Shown here piece by piece: positions 52,844 through 62,256 of a DNA stretch of 64,000 bases (position 1 is the stretch's first letter; the number at the start of each line of letters is the position of its first letter). This DNA is from an uncultured Planctomycetota bacterium (lineage in GTDB: Bacteria; Planctomycetota; Brocadiia; JAADGH01; CAYPFP01): the NCBI GenBank assembly GCA_964409935.1, contig CAYPFP010000003.1:64230-128229 (forward strand), given 5' to 3'. A program made the position numbers and the translations under genes. The notes under the pieces are model-generated. The model did no database searches. It was not told where the DNA came from and was given only the letters and a program-made list of their open reading frames with translations.

Positions 52844-54757
52844 CTAATCCAGTCGCCTCGGTTTTCTGACAAACACCCTTCGGAGGGCCGCGCCAAGGCC
52901 GTGCGTCACGAACGTCGCCAGCAGGAGCAGCACAAGGACGCCCGCAACGAGGTTGACCCACGCCCAAACTTTGCGATGGCGGACGGTGGCGTTCAAAGCC
53001 TCCACGTCGCTGAGATTGAAGCCCGCCAGTTCGTGCATGGGCCTGGCCGCAGGCGTTTCGAGCCGGGCCGGCCCCGTCGCCGCGACGTTTCCGAAGAAGA
53101 ACGGCTTCTTCGCCGCGTGGCAGTCCGAGCAGCCGCGCGCGCCGAGCGCCTTGCCGGCCGGGCGAACGTCGTGCGCCACCGGCCAGGCGTACGGGGCCGC
53201 CGCCGGATGTTCGGCGCCGGCCAGCTTGCCGTCGGCGGACTTGCGGTAAATTCTTCCCGCGCACACATAGACAAGCTCGCCGTCGCGCTTCTGACCCGAG
53301 AGGGCCTCGAAAATCTTCAGGACCTGGGCCTCCGCCAGGGGCTTCCAGTCGTCGGCCTTGCCCTCGCTACCGCCCAGCGCCTTGTGAGCCGCCTCGGCCA
53401 CGACGCCGTGGGCCAGCGGGGCAACGGCGTCGCCCTTCATGATACCCCAAAACGCGGGCCAAAGCACCCGGTGAGGCGCGATCTTGCCGTCGGGCAGCCT
53501 CAGGAACACAGGCTCGACGACGAAGGGCGGAACGTCCTCGCGGCGGTGCATGCTCTGAACACCCAGTTCGTGGGCGCGGGCCAGGCGAACGCTGTGGGGT
53601 TGTTCGGCGGGGCGCGCGCCGGAATGGCACGCGGTGCAGGCCAGCTTTTTCATGTGCTCCGGCGGAAAACCCGCGTGGACGGACCTGGGCGCGCCGAGCC
53701 TCCCTACGTCATGGCAGCCCTCGCACGTGAAGGGACGGGCGGACTTGCCGCCCTCGTCGCCGCGCGTCATGGCGTGGTTGAGACCGTTGCGGTGGCAGTC
53801 CGCGCAGGCGATACCCCGCGCAATATGAACGTCCTCATCGGTCTTCCATTCCACGCTATTTTTCATGCCGGCGAGGCGGGCGGAGTGGCAGAAATAACAG
53901 CGGTCGGAGGGCGGCTTGCGGGGGATGTCGAGGAAGACGCGGTCGTTGGCGTCGAACCGCTTGGCGTCGTAGATGACCTTGACGTTGGCGGCGGGGCGCT
54001 CGGCAGCGGCGGGGTCGGCGTCGGCCAGGATGTCGCCTCCGCCGGCGCCGGCGTCCTTGGCCGAACCGCGAACGACGGCCAGACCCTCGGCGGCAACGGG
54101 CGCCCATTTGAAGTTGAGAGCGGCGATCTGCTTGCCCCACTCCGCCTGATCGCGAGCGGCATCCCCGCTGTGACAGCTCATGCAGTCAATCTCAAGCCTG
54201 CCCGAGGTCTTCCACTTGGCCTGCGGGTCTTCAGGCTTCTGGGCGGACAGGTCGGCCAGGCCGCCGCCGGGCGTGTACGGGCCGAAGCGCAACGTGAACT
54301 GCCAGGGCGTGAGACCCGCCTCGGCAGGGCGCCGGGCGTTTGCCCAGGGACGGCTCGACAACGGCAATTGTGTGCCCGACGCGAGGTCCGTGAGGATCCA
54401 CGGCTCGCCGGGCCGGCCCGCGGGCGCGTGGGACTCATGGGCGTTGAAGTGCCAGCCCGACCGGACGCTCGCCAGATCGTGGCATTTTCCGCATGTCCCC
54501 TCCGGCGAGAAAACCCGCGCGTTCTCGCCCTTGGGCGAGATCACCTCGCCCTCCGCGTCGTAAAGCGAGAGGCGATGGACGTAGGCCGCTCGACTGTCCG
54601 TTCGCGCCCCCGACGTCGGGGGCGCCCCCGACGTCGGGGGCGGCGTCTGCGGGGCCTTGCCTTCGGCCCCGCCCGAAGCGGCCGGCGGCACAACACAAAC
54701 GACCCACGCCAGGAAGCCCAGCGCGGCCAGACAGCGTCGGGTGATGTGGCGAGCCAT
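52844..54757 (-). CDS. heptahaem c-type cytochrome with C-terminal membrane anchor; N-terminal region has tandem REP-B (PPPTSGAPPTSGA)
   Basis: ORF trimmed to ATG 54755-54757 with AAGGTG SD; signal peptide; seven CxxCH (CGKCH, CMSCH, CYFCH, CADCH, CEGCH, CTACH, CSDCH); TM VWAWVNLVAGVLVLLLLATFV. Confidence 0.75.
   Translation of the reverse strand: MARHITRRCLAALGFLAWVVCVVPPAASGGAEGKAPQTPPPTSGAPPTSGARTDSRAAYVHRLSLYDAEGEVISPKGENARVFSPEGTCGKCHDLASVRSGWHFNAHESHAPAGRPGEPWILTDLASGTQLPLSSRPWANARRPAEAGLTPWQFTLRFGPYTPGGGLADLSAQKPEDPQAKWKTSGRLEIDCMSCHSGDAARDQAEWGKQIAALNFKWAPVAAEGLAVVRGSAKDAGAGGGDILADADPAAAERPAANVKVIYDAKRFDANDRVFLDIPRKPPSDRCYFCHSARLAGMKNSVEWKTDEDVHIARGIACADCHRNGLNHAMTRGDEGGKSARPFTCEGCHDVGRLGAPRSVHAGFPPEHMKKLACTACHSGARPAEQPHSVRLARAHELGVQSMHRREDVPPFVVEPVFLRLPDGKIAPHRVLWPAFWGIMKGDAVAPLAHGVVAEAAHKALGGSEGKADDWKPLAEAQVLKIFEALSGQKRDGELVYVCAGRIYRKSADGKLAGAEHPAAAPYAWPVAHDVRPAGKALGARGCSDCHAAKKPFFFGNVAATGPARLETPAARPMHELAGFNLSDVEALNATVRHRKVWAWVNLVAGVLVLLLLATFVTHGLGAALRRVFVRKPRRLD
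54604..54641. repeat. REP-B, 2 exact tandem copies in multihaem cytochrome gene
   Basis: GCCCCCGACGTCGGGGGC x2. Confidence 0.9.
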
Positions 54758-54762
54758 TTTTC

Positions 54763-56106
54763 TTACACCTTGAAATCTTCGGGCTTGAAGACAAGACTGC
54801 GTCCTTCGGCCACGGCCTCGTTCACGCGCAGGACCGTCACAGCGGTCTCGTAGGCCTTGTCGGCCGGACACGTGAGCGGCGTGCCGTTGCGGACGGCGTC
54901 GAAGAAGTTCTCCAGGTGCGGCTGATGGATGGGCTTTTGGAGGTCGGCGGCCATCTTGAGCGACTGCGCGTCCTTCTTGCCGTCGGCGCGGCGCGTCTCG
55001 CCGATCTTGAGTTCGATGGCGTCCTTGCCCATCTTGGAGACCTTGGCCGCGTCGTCCTCCCATTCGCGTTTCTTGGCGCGGACTTCGCGCATCATATAGC
55101 CGATGTTGGTGTCCTCGGAGATGACGAGGGTGCCCTCATCGCCCATGAAGGTCTCGTAGTAGCCGCCGAAGCTGGTGGCGTTGAGGACCTGGTAGAAGCC
55201 CCGCACCGTTCCGTCGGGAGAAGCGTACTGGTAGATGGCCATGACGTTGTCGTACCACTCGCGATCCTCGTAGTAATCCAGGCCGCCGCTGGCCGTGACC
55301 GACTGGGGCGGGCAGCCGACAAACCAGTTGAAGATGTCAATCTGGTGGGAGCCGAGGTCGGCGATGGCGCCGGCGGAAAACTTCTTGAACCAGCGCCAGT
55401 TGCGGAACTGCTGCATCGTCTCGTAGCCGTAGCGGGTCAGCGTCTCCTTGTCCATCTCGTATTTTTGCGGCCAGCCGAGGTCCTGGCTCTGGTCAATCGA
55501 GCGGTTCCACTGGCCGTAAACGTGCACGAGCTTTCCGCAGATCTTGTCCTTCTCGATGAGGCGTTTGCCGTGCCAGTAACGGGGATTGCTGCGGCGCTGG
55601 TGGCCGATCTGGAGGAGCTTTCCGGACTGGCGCGCGGCCAGGACCATCTGCTTTGCGCCTTCGAGGGTGTTGGCCATCTCCTTTTCGCAGTAGACGTGCT
55701 TGCCGGCCTTCAGACAGGCAAGAGTCTGCTCGGCGTGGACCCAATCGGGCGTGGCGATGAGGACGGCGTCCATCTCCTGCTCCTTCGCCAGCATCTCCTG
55801 ATAGTCGGCGTAGACGTTGACGGGCTGGTCGTATTTCTTGAGGATGTTGGCGGCGTAGGTCTGGCTGTAGGGCCAGACGTCGCAGACGGCACGGAACCGG
55901 ATGCCGGGTATCTTGAGGCAGGCCGCCAGAAGGACGCGCCCTTGGCTGCCCGCACCCACGAGGGCGACGTTGAGGTCCTGCACCTTCGGCGCGGCCTCCT
56001 GGCCGAACACCCCGCCTGCCAACAACACGCCCGCCCCGCCCACCGTAGCGGAACGGATAAAATCGCGGCGACTCAGTTCGGACTTCTCCAGCTCCTTCTC
56101 ACTCAT
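54763..56106 (-). CDS. Tat-exported Gfo/Idh/MocA-family oxidoreductase
   Basis: Tat motif SRRDFIRSATVGGAGVLLAGG; Rossmann VALVGAGSQG; 447 aa; 5 nt before cytochrome c gene. Confidence 0.7.
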   Translation of the reverse strand: MSEKELEKSELSRRDFIRSATVGGAGVLLAGGVFGQEAAPKVQDLNVALVGAGSQGRVLLAACLKIPGIRFRAVCDVWPYSQTYAANILKKYDQPVNVYADYQEMLAKEQEMDAVLIATPDWVHAEQTLACLKAGKHVYCEKEMANTLEGAKQMVLAARQSGKLLQIGHQRRSNPRYWHGKRLIEKDKICGKLVHVYGQWNRSIDQSQDLGWPQKYEMDKETLTRYGYETMQQFRNWRWFKKFSAGAIADLGSHQIDIFNWFVGCPPQSVTASGGLDYYEDREWYDNVMAIYQYASPDGTVRGFYQVLNATSFGGYYETFMGDEGTLVISEDTNIGYMMREVRAKKREWEDDAAKVSKMGKDAIELKIGETRRADGKKDAQSLKMAADLQKPIHQPHLENFFDAVRNGTPLTCPADKAYETAVTVLRVNEAVAEGRSLVFKPEDFKV

Positions 56107-56156
56107 AACATCCTGCCTTTCGCGGATTTCAAAAGCCCAACCATGAACACTTGATC

Positions 56157-59100
56157 TTACTTCGCTTTTTCAGGCTGAAGGGGGAAATTTACGCCGGCTG
56201 GCGGCTCGGCCTGGAACTTAAGGCCGTCAATGCGCTTGTCGTTCATATCGCGGAAACGGGCGCAGGCCGACCAATGGCCGCCTCCCTGGGTAATCTTCAT
56301 GAGGAGACAATTCCAGCCCTCCTGGAGCGTGGCGCGGACCGTGTCTTCGCCCGGCTTCGTGGGTCTGGCGACGTTGTTGGCGTGTATGAGTTGCCCGTTG
56401 AGCCAGACCTTCACGCCGTCGTCGCTGCCGATTTCGAGCAGAGCGTCCTGCTTTCTGGGCGCCTGGACATAGGTGCGCAGATAGCCAGCGCAGTTGCTGC
56501 CGCCCAACGCCCTGTCCATCTCGATAAGGCCGGGCTTGGGACCGGCCGGCATCGGCGCCCACTTGGCGTCGGCCGCGCGCCCGACGTCGGGCGAGGGCAG
56601 TTCGGGCGCGAACGCCTTGTCGAACAACTGTGAAGCGCCCATACCCGTCTCCGAGTACGGCCCGGAGACTTGCCAGACGGCGATGCAGTCGTCATAGGTG
56701 GCGCTCGCGCCGAGCACGCCCGCAAGCTGCTTCTTCAAGGCGGCGTCCTTGGTCTCGAGGATGACCCCCTTGAGGGCGAGCTTCGTCTCGGCGGGCCAGG
56801 CGGTCATCGTGGCGCGCGCGATCTGGGGAAGAATCTCGGCCGCCTGGGCGTTGGCGGATTCATCCTTCAGGTCGGCGATGGCGGCGTCGAGGGCCTTGGG
56901 ATCGCCCATGAGCAACACGCCCTGCGGAGAGGCGCCGTCGGCGGCGCCTGCCGCGGGGCAGGCGCGCACGCGCACACAGGCCGCCCACTGGCTGCCGCCC
57001 TGCGTCACCTTGAGCAGCAACGTATTCCATCCCTTCTTCAACGCCACCTCCACCTTGTCGGCGCCGGGCGAACAACTGCGGTTGACGTTCTGGCTGACCA
57101 CGACCTCTTTGTTGAACCAGGCCTTCAAGCCGTCGTCGCTGCCCATCTCCAGACGCGCCTTCTGGTCCTTGTCGGAGCGCACCCACGCCTGCAAGTAGGC
57201 CACGCGGTTGTTGCCCTTGATGTTATCCATCTTGTCCATCTCGATCTTCCACGCCTTGGAACGGTCGGCGCCACCGCTGACGGCCTGCCACTTCACGTTC
57301 TTGGCGTCGGCTTGTTCGGGGGGGAATTCCGTGTCGAAGAGCTTCTTTTCGTTCTTGCGGCCCTCGGAATACGGACCCGACAGCATCCATGCGGTAACGT
57401 AGTCGTCGTACTGGGCGATGCGCTCGAAAGCGGCCTTGATCTGCTTCTGAACCGCCTCGTCCTTGTAGGCGTCGGCGACGGCCTTGAGTTCGGCCTCGGC
57501 CTGCGCGCGATGCTGAAGGCTGACCGGCTCGGCGACCTTGACCAAGGCCAGGACGGTCTCGGCACGGAGGGCTTCGTCGGCCAGCAACGGCCTGAGCAGA
57601 TTGAAGGCGCCGGGGTCCTGCAACTGCGCCACACCCGCGATCACGAGCTTCTTCTCTTCAGGGCGCTGCGCCACGGAGAGGCCGTTTTCCAGCATCTTCA
57701 GCGTCTCTTCGGGAGCGCGATCGCAGGGCAGCCCCACCACGCGCACGTAGCCGCGCAAGGCAAGCACACGGTACTTCTGGTCCTGGGAACTCTTGGCCAG
57801 TTCCAGGAGCGCCGGGGCCGACGCCGCGTCGGGCCAGTCGCACAACGACCGCAGGGCGGCCTCGCTGACCTCCGCGTTCTCGTCCTTGAGACAGGAGAAG
57901 ACCTGGTCGAGCGCCTTCTGCCCGCCGACCATGCCCAACGTGCGAAGCAGCGAGCACTTCACCGGCGGCGTTGCGCCGGCGAAGGCAGCGATGACGGGCT
58001 TCGCCTGGTCCTCGCCCTCCACGCGCTCGCGCCCCGCGCGCTCGCGCCCCGCGCGCTCGCGCCCCGCGCGCAGGCACGTCGCCGCGACGGCCTTCTCGGC
58101 CTCCTTCTGATCCTTGTCCTTCGCCTTGACGAGGATGGCCACAAGAACGGGCAGTTCCTTCTCGTCGGCGAGGTTGGCCAGCGCCTTGAGCGCCTCGACA
58201 CGCACACCGACATCGGCGTCCTCGGCGGATTTCAGGAGCGTCGGCACGACCTTGTCGGACTTGCGGGCGGCCAGGGTCTTCACCAGCTCGATGCGACCGG
58301 CAGGGTCGGCCTCGGACAGGCCCTTGATGATGGCGTCAATCACCCCTTCGCCGGGGATACGCGCGAGCGCGGCGGCTGCCGCGAGTTGCTCGGCCTCCTT
58401 CGTCTTGACCAGGGCCGAGACGAGCGTCCGGCTGGCGGATTCGTCGGCGAGAAGGCCCATGCCCTCGTACGCGGCGATGCGCACGTCGGGAGCGGCATCC
58501 TGGGCGGCCTCCACCAGCGTGGGCACTACGCTCTTGTCGCCCCGGTTGGCCAGCACACGCAGCAACAGGGTCTTGATGTCGGGCGCGCGCCCGACGTCGG
58601 GCGCGGCGCCCTTGACCTGCGCGATGAGCGCCTGGGTCACGTCGTTGCCGGGCATGGTCTGCATGGACGTCATGGCCGAACCGCGAATCTTCATGTCCTT
58701 GTCGGCGAGGGCCTGCAGGAGGGTCGGAAGCTCGGAGATGCCGCCGGCATTGGCTATACCGGCCAAGGCGGCGCACTTCAAGTGCGCCTCGCCGTCGAGC
58801 AACTTCCGGTACATGGCAAGCGCGGACGCCTTATCGTTGTTCGTGCAGAGGGCGTCGGCCAGGACGAGGTAGGAATCGGCGGCGACGGTCCGAGCGCGAG
58901 CGGAACCCTTGGACATGGCCGCGACGATGAGGTCGGTGGAGGCCTTGTCGCCGAGGGCGGCCAGCCCCCTGACGGCGGCGGAGCGCACGGCGTCGTCGTC
59001 ATTGGCGGCGAACTTGGCAAAAACGTCGGCGTTGGCCTTGTCGGTGTGGTAGGCCAAGGCCTGGAGCAGAGCCGCCCGCCACGCGGGGTCCGCCGCCTTT

Positions 59101-59633
59101 TCGAGGGCCGCGCGAAGGGCGGCGGCGGCCTGCGGGGCGGGATTGCCTTCGAGCGCCCGCCTCGCGCAGTCGCGAATGATAGAGTCCTTGTCGTCCAGCA
59201 ACGCCGTAACGGCGGCCACGGCCTCGGCGCGGCCCACGCGTTCGAGTTGCAGAAGCAACCACGCCTTGGCCGGATTCGGCGTGTCGGCGGCGAGCCTGGC
59301 GGCAATGGCCTTGCAGACGGCGGCGCGCTCGGCCTCGGCGCCCGGACGGCCGGCGCGCCAGCAGATGGCCTGGAGGTCCTGCTGCGGCTGCTTCGCCTCG
59401 GCGGGGTCCTCGCTGCCCATCTTCGGGAGCAGGGCCTCGATCACTTTGGCGTAGGCCGCATCGAGCTGCGCAGGCGTACGCTCCTTGGCCTTCTCTTCGC
59501 CCTTGAGTTCCTTGATGAGCATCTCAAGCTCGGCGCCCGGCGCCGCAGCATCCTGCGCCGGCAGCGGCCTGTGAGCCATGCCCGACAGGACGGCGAGCAG
59601 CGAAGCCACAATGACGAAGTTCAGACGTTTCAT
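56157..59633 (-). CDS. secreted HEAT-repeat protein with two C-terminal LamG/concanavalin-like domains; carries two REP-B copies and a 3x15-nt VNTR (RERAGx3)
   Basis: ORF trimmed to ATG 59631-59633 (MKRLNFVIVASLLAVLSGMA) with AGAGGAAAGG SD; PBS-lyase-type HEAT repeats; C-terminal IGSDDGVKVWLNG-type jellyrolls. Confidence 0.6.
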   Translation of the reverse strand: MKRLNFVIVASLLAVLSGMAHRPLPAQDAAAPGAELEMLIKELKGEEKAKERTPAQLDAAYAKVIEALLPKMGSEDPAEAKQPQQDLQAICWRAGRPGAEAERAAVCKAIAARLAADTPNPAKAWLLLQLERVGRAEAVAAVTALLDDKDSIIRDCARRALEGNPAPQAAAALRAALEKAADPAWRAALLQALAYHTDKANADVFAKFAANDDDAVRSAAVRGLAALGDKASTDLIVAAMSKGSARARTVAADSYLVLADALCTNNDKASALAMYRKLLDGEAHLKCAALAGIANAGGISELPTLLQALADKDMKIRGSAMTSMQTMPGNDVTQALIAQVKGAAPDVGRAPDIKTLLLRVLANRGDKSVVPTLVEAAQDAAPDVRIAAYEGMGLLADESASRTLVSALVKTKEAEQLAAAAALARIPGEGVIDAIIKGLSEADPAGRIELVKTLAARKSDKVVPTLLKSAEDADVGVRVEALKALANLADEKELPVLVAILVKAKDKDQKEAEKAVAATCLRAGRERAGRERAGRERVEGEDQAKPVIAAFAGATPPVKCSLLRTLGMVGGQKALDQVFSCLKDENAEVSEAALRSLCDWPDAASAPALLELAKSSQDQKYRVLALRGYVRVVGLPCDRAPEETLKMLENGLSVAQRPEEKKLVIAGVAQLQDPGAFNLLRPLLADEALRAETVLALVKVAEPVSLQHRAQAEAELKAVADAYKDEAVQKQIKAAFERIAQYDDYVTAWMLSGPYSEGRKNEKKLFDTEFPPEQADAKNVKWQAVSGGADRSKAWKIEMDKMDNIKGNNRVAYLQAWVRSDKDQKARLEMGSDDGLKAWFNKEVVVSQNVNRSCSPGADKVEVALKKGWNTLLLKVTQGGSQWAACVRVRACPAAGAADGASPQGVLLMGDPKALDAAIADLKDESANAQAAEILPQIARATMTAWPAETKLALKGVILETKDAALKKQLAGVLGASATYDDCIAVWQVSGPYSETGMGASQLFDKAFAPELPSPDVGRAADAKWAPMPAGPKPGLIEMDRALGGSNCAGYLRTYVQAPRKQDALLEIGSDDGVKVWLNGQLIHANNVARPTKPGEDTVRATLQEGWNCLLMKITQGGGHWSACARFRDMNDKRIDGLKFQAEPPAGVNFPLQPEKAK
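56563..56592. repeat. REP-B, half-site + 1 copy in HEAT-repeat gene
   Basis: GCGCGCCCGACGTCGGGCG. Confidence 0.8.
58023..58067. repeat. perfect 3 x 15-nt tandem repeat CGCGCTCGCGCCCCG (in-frame VNTR, RERAG x3)
   Basis: Three exact copies inside HEAT-repeat gene. Confidence 0.85.
58575..58605. repeat. REP-B, half-site + 1 copy in HEAT-repeat gene
   Basis: GCGCCCGACGTCGGGCGCG. Confidence 0.8.
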
Positions 59634-59649
59634 GGAGCCTTTCCTCTTG

Positions 59650-60924
59650 TCACAGGGTCCACGGGGCGCGCTTGGGCCGGTCCAGCCAACGGTTGGCCTC
59701 GTCGTCACCGACAAACCTCTCATTCACGGGATCCCACCTCAACGGACGCTTGAGCCAGTAGGCGATGTTGCCCAAGTGGCAGATGATCACCGAACGGCAT
59801 CCGATCTCGACGTCGCAGATCGGTTTGCGGCGGGTCTTGACACAGTCCAGGAAGTCCGCCTTGTGGCCGGCGTTTCGGGGCAGATGCACGTCGTTGGGAC
59901 CGAGAGGCTCGGTCGCTACGGCTTCGGGAATCGCGGTGAGTTTTTCGCGACTGACCTCCACCTTGCCGTCGGCGCCCGTGAAAGTAACGCCGCTGGACTG
60001 ACCATGATACATAAGGACGCCGTTCTCGTACCTGTACGTCAGGAGCTTGACGTCCTTGGAGTCGGGAGGAATGATCTCGACCGGCCCCGTATGGTCGGTG
60101 TTCAGGCCCCACTGAGCGATGTCGAACATGTGGGCGCCGATGTCGGTCATGCTGCCGCCGGAGTAGTCGCGGAAAGGACGCCACGTAAAAGGATGCAGGC
60201 CGTCGTTGTAAGGCCGCCACGGGGCGGGGCCGAGCCACATATCCCAGTCCAGGCCGTCCGGGACCGATTGGGCGGGCAGGTAGCAGTCGCTCGACGGCCC
60301 GCCGCAGCCCACATGCACCGTGACCACCTTGCCGATGCGGCCGCTGCGGACGTACTCGCACGCCGTGCGGAACAAACCGCGAAACTCCGAGCGCTGCTGG
60401 CTGCCGGTCTGGAAGACGCGCCCGTACCGGCGCACGGCGTTGACCATCTGGCGCGCCTCGCGAATGGTCAGCGAGAGGGGCTTCTCGCAGTAGATGTCCT
60501 TGCCGGCCTTCGCCGCCAGGATACATTGGACGGCGTGCCAGTGGTCGGGCGTGCCGATACTCACGGCGTCAATGTCGGGGCGTTCGAGCAGTTCGCGGAA
60601 ATCGTTGTAGGCCTCGCAGCCCTTGAACGACGCGTTCTTGGAGACGTTCGCGTAGTAGTCGGCAACGACCTTGGCGGCGGAGTCGCGCATGGCGCGGTCC
60701 ACGTCGCAGACCGCGACCATCTGGACCTCCGGGTAGCCCATGAACGAACGCATGTTGCCGGCGCCCATGCCGCCCACGCCGATAGCGCCCATGACGATGC
60801 GGTTGCTCGGCGCGGGACGACCCTCGGCGCCCAAAGCAGCGGCGGAGATAATCGTCGGAGCGGCGACAAAGGCCGCCGCGCCTTTCAGGAACTCGCGCCG
60901 CGAAACAACCGTCTTCTTCCTCAT
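59650..60924 (-). CDS. Tat-exported Gfo/Idh/MocA-family oxidoreductase (tandem paralog 3 of 3)
   Basis: ATG 60922-60924 with GAGAAGG SD; Tat motif SRREFLKGAAAF; IVMGAIGVGGMGAGN; C-terminus DDEANRWLDRPKRAPWTL shared by paralogs. Confidence 0.65.
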   Translation of the reverse strand: MRKKTVVSRREFLKGAAAFVAAPTIISAAALGAEGRPAPSNRIVMGAIGVGGMGAGNMRSFMGYPEVQMVAVCDVDRAMRDSAAKVVADYYANVSKNASFKGCEAYNDFRELLERPDIDAVSIGTPDHWHAVQCILAAKAGKDIYCEKPLSLTIREARQMVNAVRRYGRVFQTGSQQRSEFRGLFRTACEYVRSGRIGKVVTVHVGCGGPSSDCYLPAQSVPDGLDWDMWLGPAPWRPYNDGLHPFTWRPFRDYSGGSMTDIGAHMFDIAQWGLNTDHTGPVEIIPPDSKDVKLLTYRYENGVLMYHGQSSGVTFTGADGKVEVSREKLTAIPEAVATEPLGPNDVHLPRNAGHKADFLDCVKTRRKPICDVEIGCRSVIICHLGNIAYWLKRPLRWDPVNERFVGDDEANRWLDRPKRAPWTL

Positions 60925-60942
60925 CGGCCTTCTCATCTTCGA

Positions 60943-62208
60943 TTACAACGACCACGGAGCGCGCCGAGGCCGGTCCAGCCAGCGGTTGGCCTCGTCGTCT
61001 CCGATAAACCGTTCCTTTACGGAGTCCCACTTCAGCGGCCGCCTGAGCCAGTAGGCGATATTGCCCAGATGGCAGACAGTCACGGAGCGGCATCCCGTCT
61101 CGACGTCACAGATGGGCCGTTTGCGCGTACGAATGGCCTGGAGCCAGTCGTCATGGTGATTTCGGCTCCTGTAAAGCTGAATCTCGCCCGGTCCGACAGG
61201 CTGCCGAAGTATGGCCTCCGGTTCGGCGCTCAGGTAATTGCGATTGACCTCAATGGCCCCTTCCGTGCCCGTGAAGAGGATTCCTTTTCCCTTGCCGGTA
61301 ACGCCGCCGTGATACACGCGCACGCCGTTGGCGTACGTGAAGGTCAAAAGCTTCACGTCCTTGCCGTCCGGAGGCGCGATCTCAACCGGCCCGCTCTCGT
61401 CCATGCCCATCGCCCACTGAACAATGTCGAAGTGGTGCGAACCCCAGTTCGTCATCTGGCCGCCGGAGTAGTCGCGGTACTCTCGCCACGAATAGGGGTG
61501 GATGCCCTTGTTGAAGGGGCGCCACGGGGCGGGACCGAGCCAAAGGTCCCAGTCGAGTCCGGCGGGCGCAGGCTGCGCCGGCAGATAGCAATCGCGCGAC
61601 GGCCCTCCGACATTCACGTTGGCGCTGACAAGTCTCCCGATGCGCCCGTTGCGGACCCACTCGCAGGCCGTGCGAAAGCCGCTCGAAGACCGCTGCTGGC
61701 TGCCCGTCTGAAAGACACGGCTGTGCCGGCGCACGACGTTCACCATCTCGCGCGCCTCGCGGATGGTGAGAGACATGGGTTTCTCGCAGTAGACGTCCTT
61801 TCCCGCCTTGACGGCGGCGATGCAGTTCAGCACGTGCCAGTGATCGGGCGTCGAGACGACGACGGCGTCAATGTCGGGACGCTCGACCAGGTCGCGGAAA
61901 TCGTTGTAGGCCTCGCAACCCCGATAGTCCTTCACGTGCCGCTCGGCGTAGCGCTCCTCGACGAACTCCTTTGCGGCCGTGCGCTTCCGGGCGTCCACGT
62001 CGCAGACGGCCAGCACGTGCACGTCGGTCCGGCCGAGAAAACTCTTCAAGTGGTTGCCGCCCATGCCGCCCACACCGATAAGGCCGAGTGTAATCCGGCC
62101 GCTCGGCGGCGGCACACCCGCCGCCCCCAGGGCCGAAGCAGGCACAAAGGCCGGCAACGCCAGCACCGACACCGCGTCCTTCAGAAAACCACGACGCGTC
62201 AACGTCAT
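60943..62208 (-). CDS. Tat-exported Gfo/Idh/MocA-family oxidoreductase (tandem paralog 2 of 3)
   Basis: ATG 62206-62208 with GAGGATGG SD; Tat motif TRRGFLKD; C-terminus DDEANRWLDRPRRAPWSL. Confidence 0.65.
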   Translation of the reverse strand: MTLTRRGFLKDAVSVLALPAFVPASALGAAGVPPPSGRITLGLIGVGGMGGNHLKSFLGRTDVHVLAVCDVDARKRTAAKEFVEERYAERHVKDYRGCEAYNDFRDLVERPDIDAVVVSTPDHWHVLNCIAAVKAGKDVYCEKPMSLTIREAREMVNVVRRHSRVFQTGSQQRSSSGFRTACEWVRNGRIGRLVSANVNVGGPSRDCYLPAQPAPAGLDWDLWLGPAPWRPFNKGIHPYSWREYRDYSGGQMTNWGSHHFDIVQWAMGMDESGPVEIAPPDGKDVKLLTFTYANGVRVYHGGVTGKGKGILFTGTEGAIEVNRNYLSAEPEAILRQPVGPGEIQLYRSRNHHDDWLQAIRTRKRPICDVETGCRSVTVCHLGNIAYWLRRPLKWDSVKERFIGDDEANRWLDRPRRAPWSL

Positions 62209-62256
62209 CCGCACCATCCTCAACGAGAAGACGACCGCACGGAGTCCGGCGGGATA

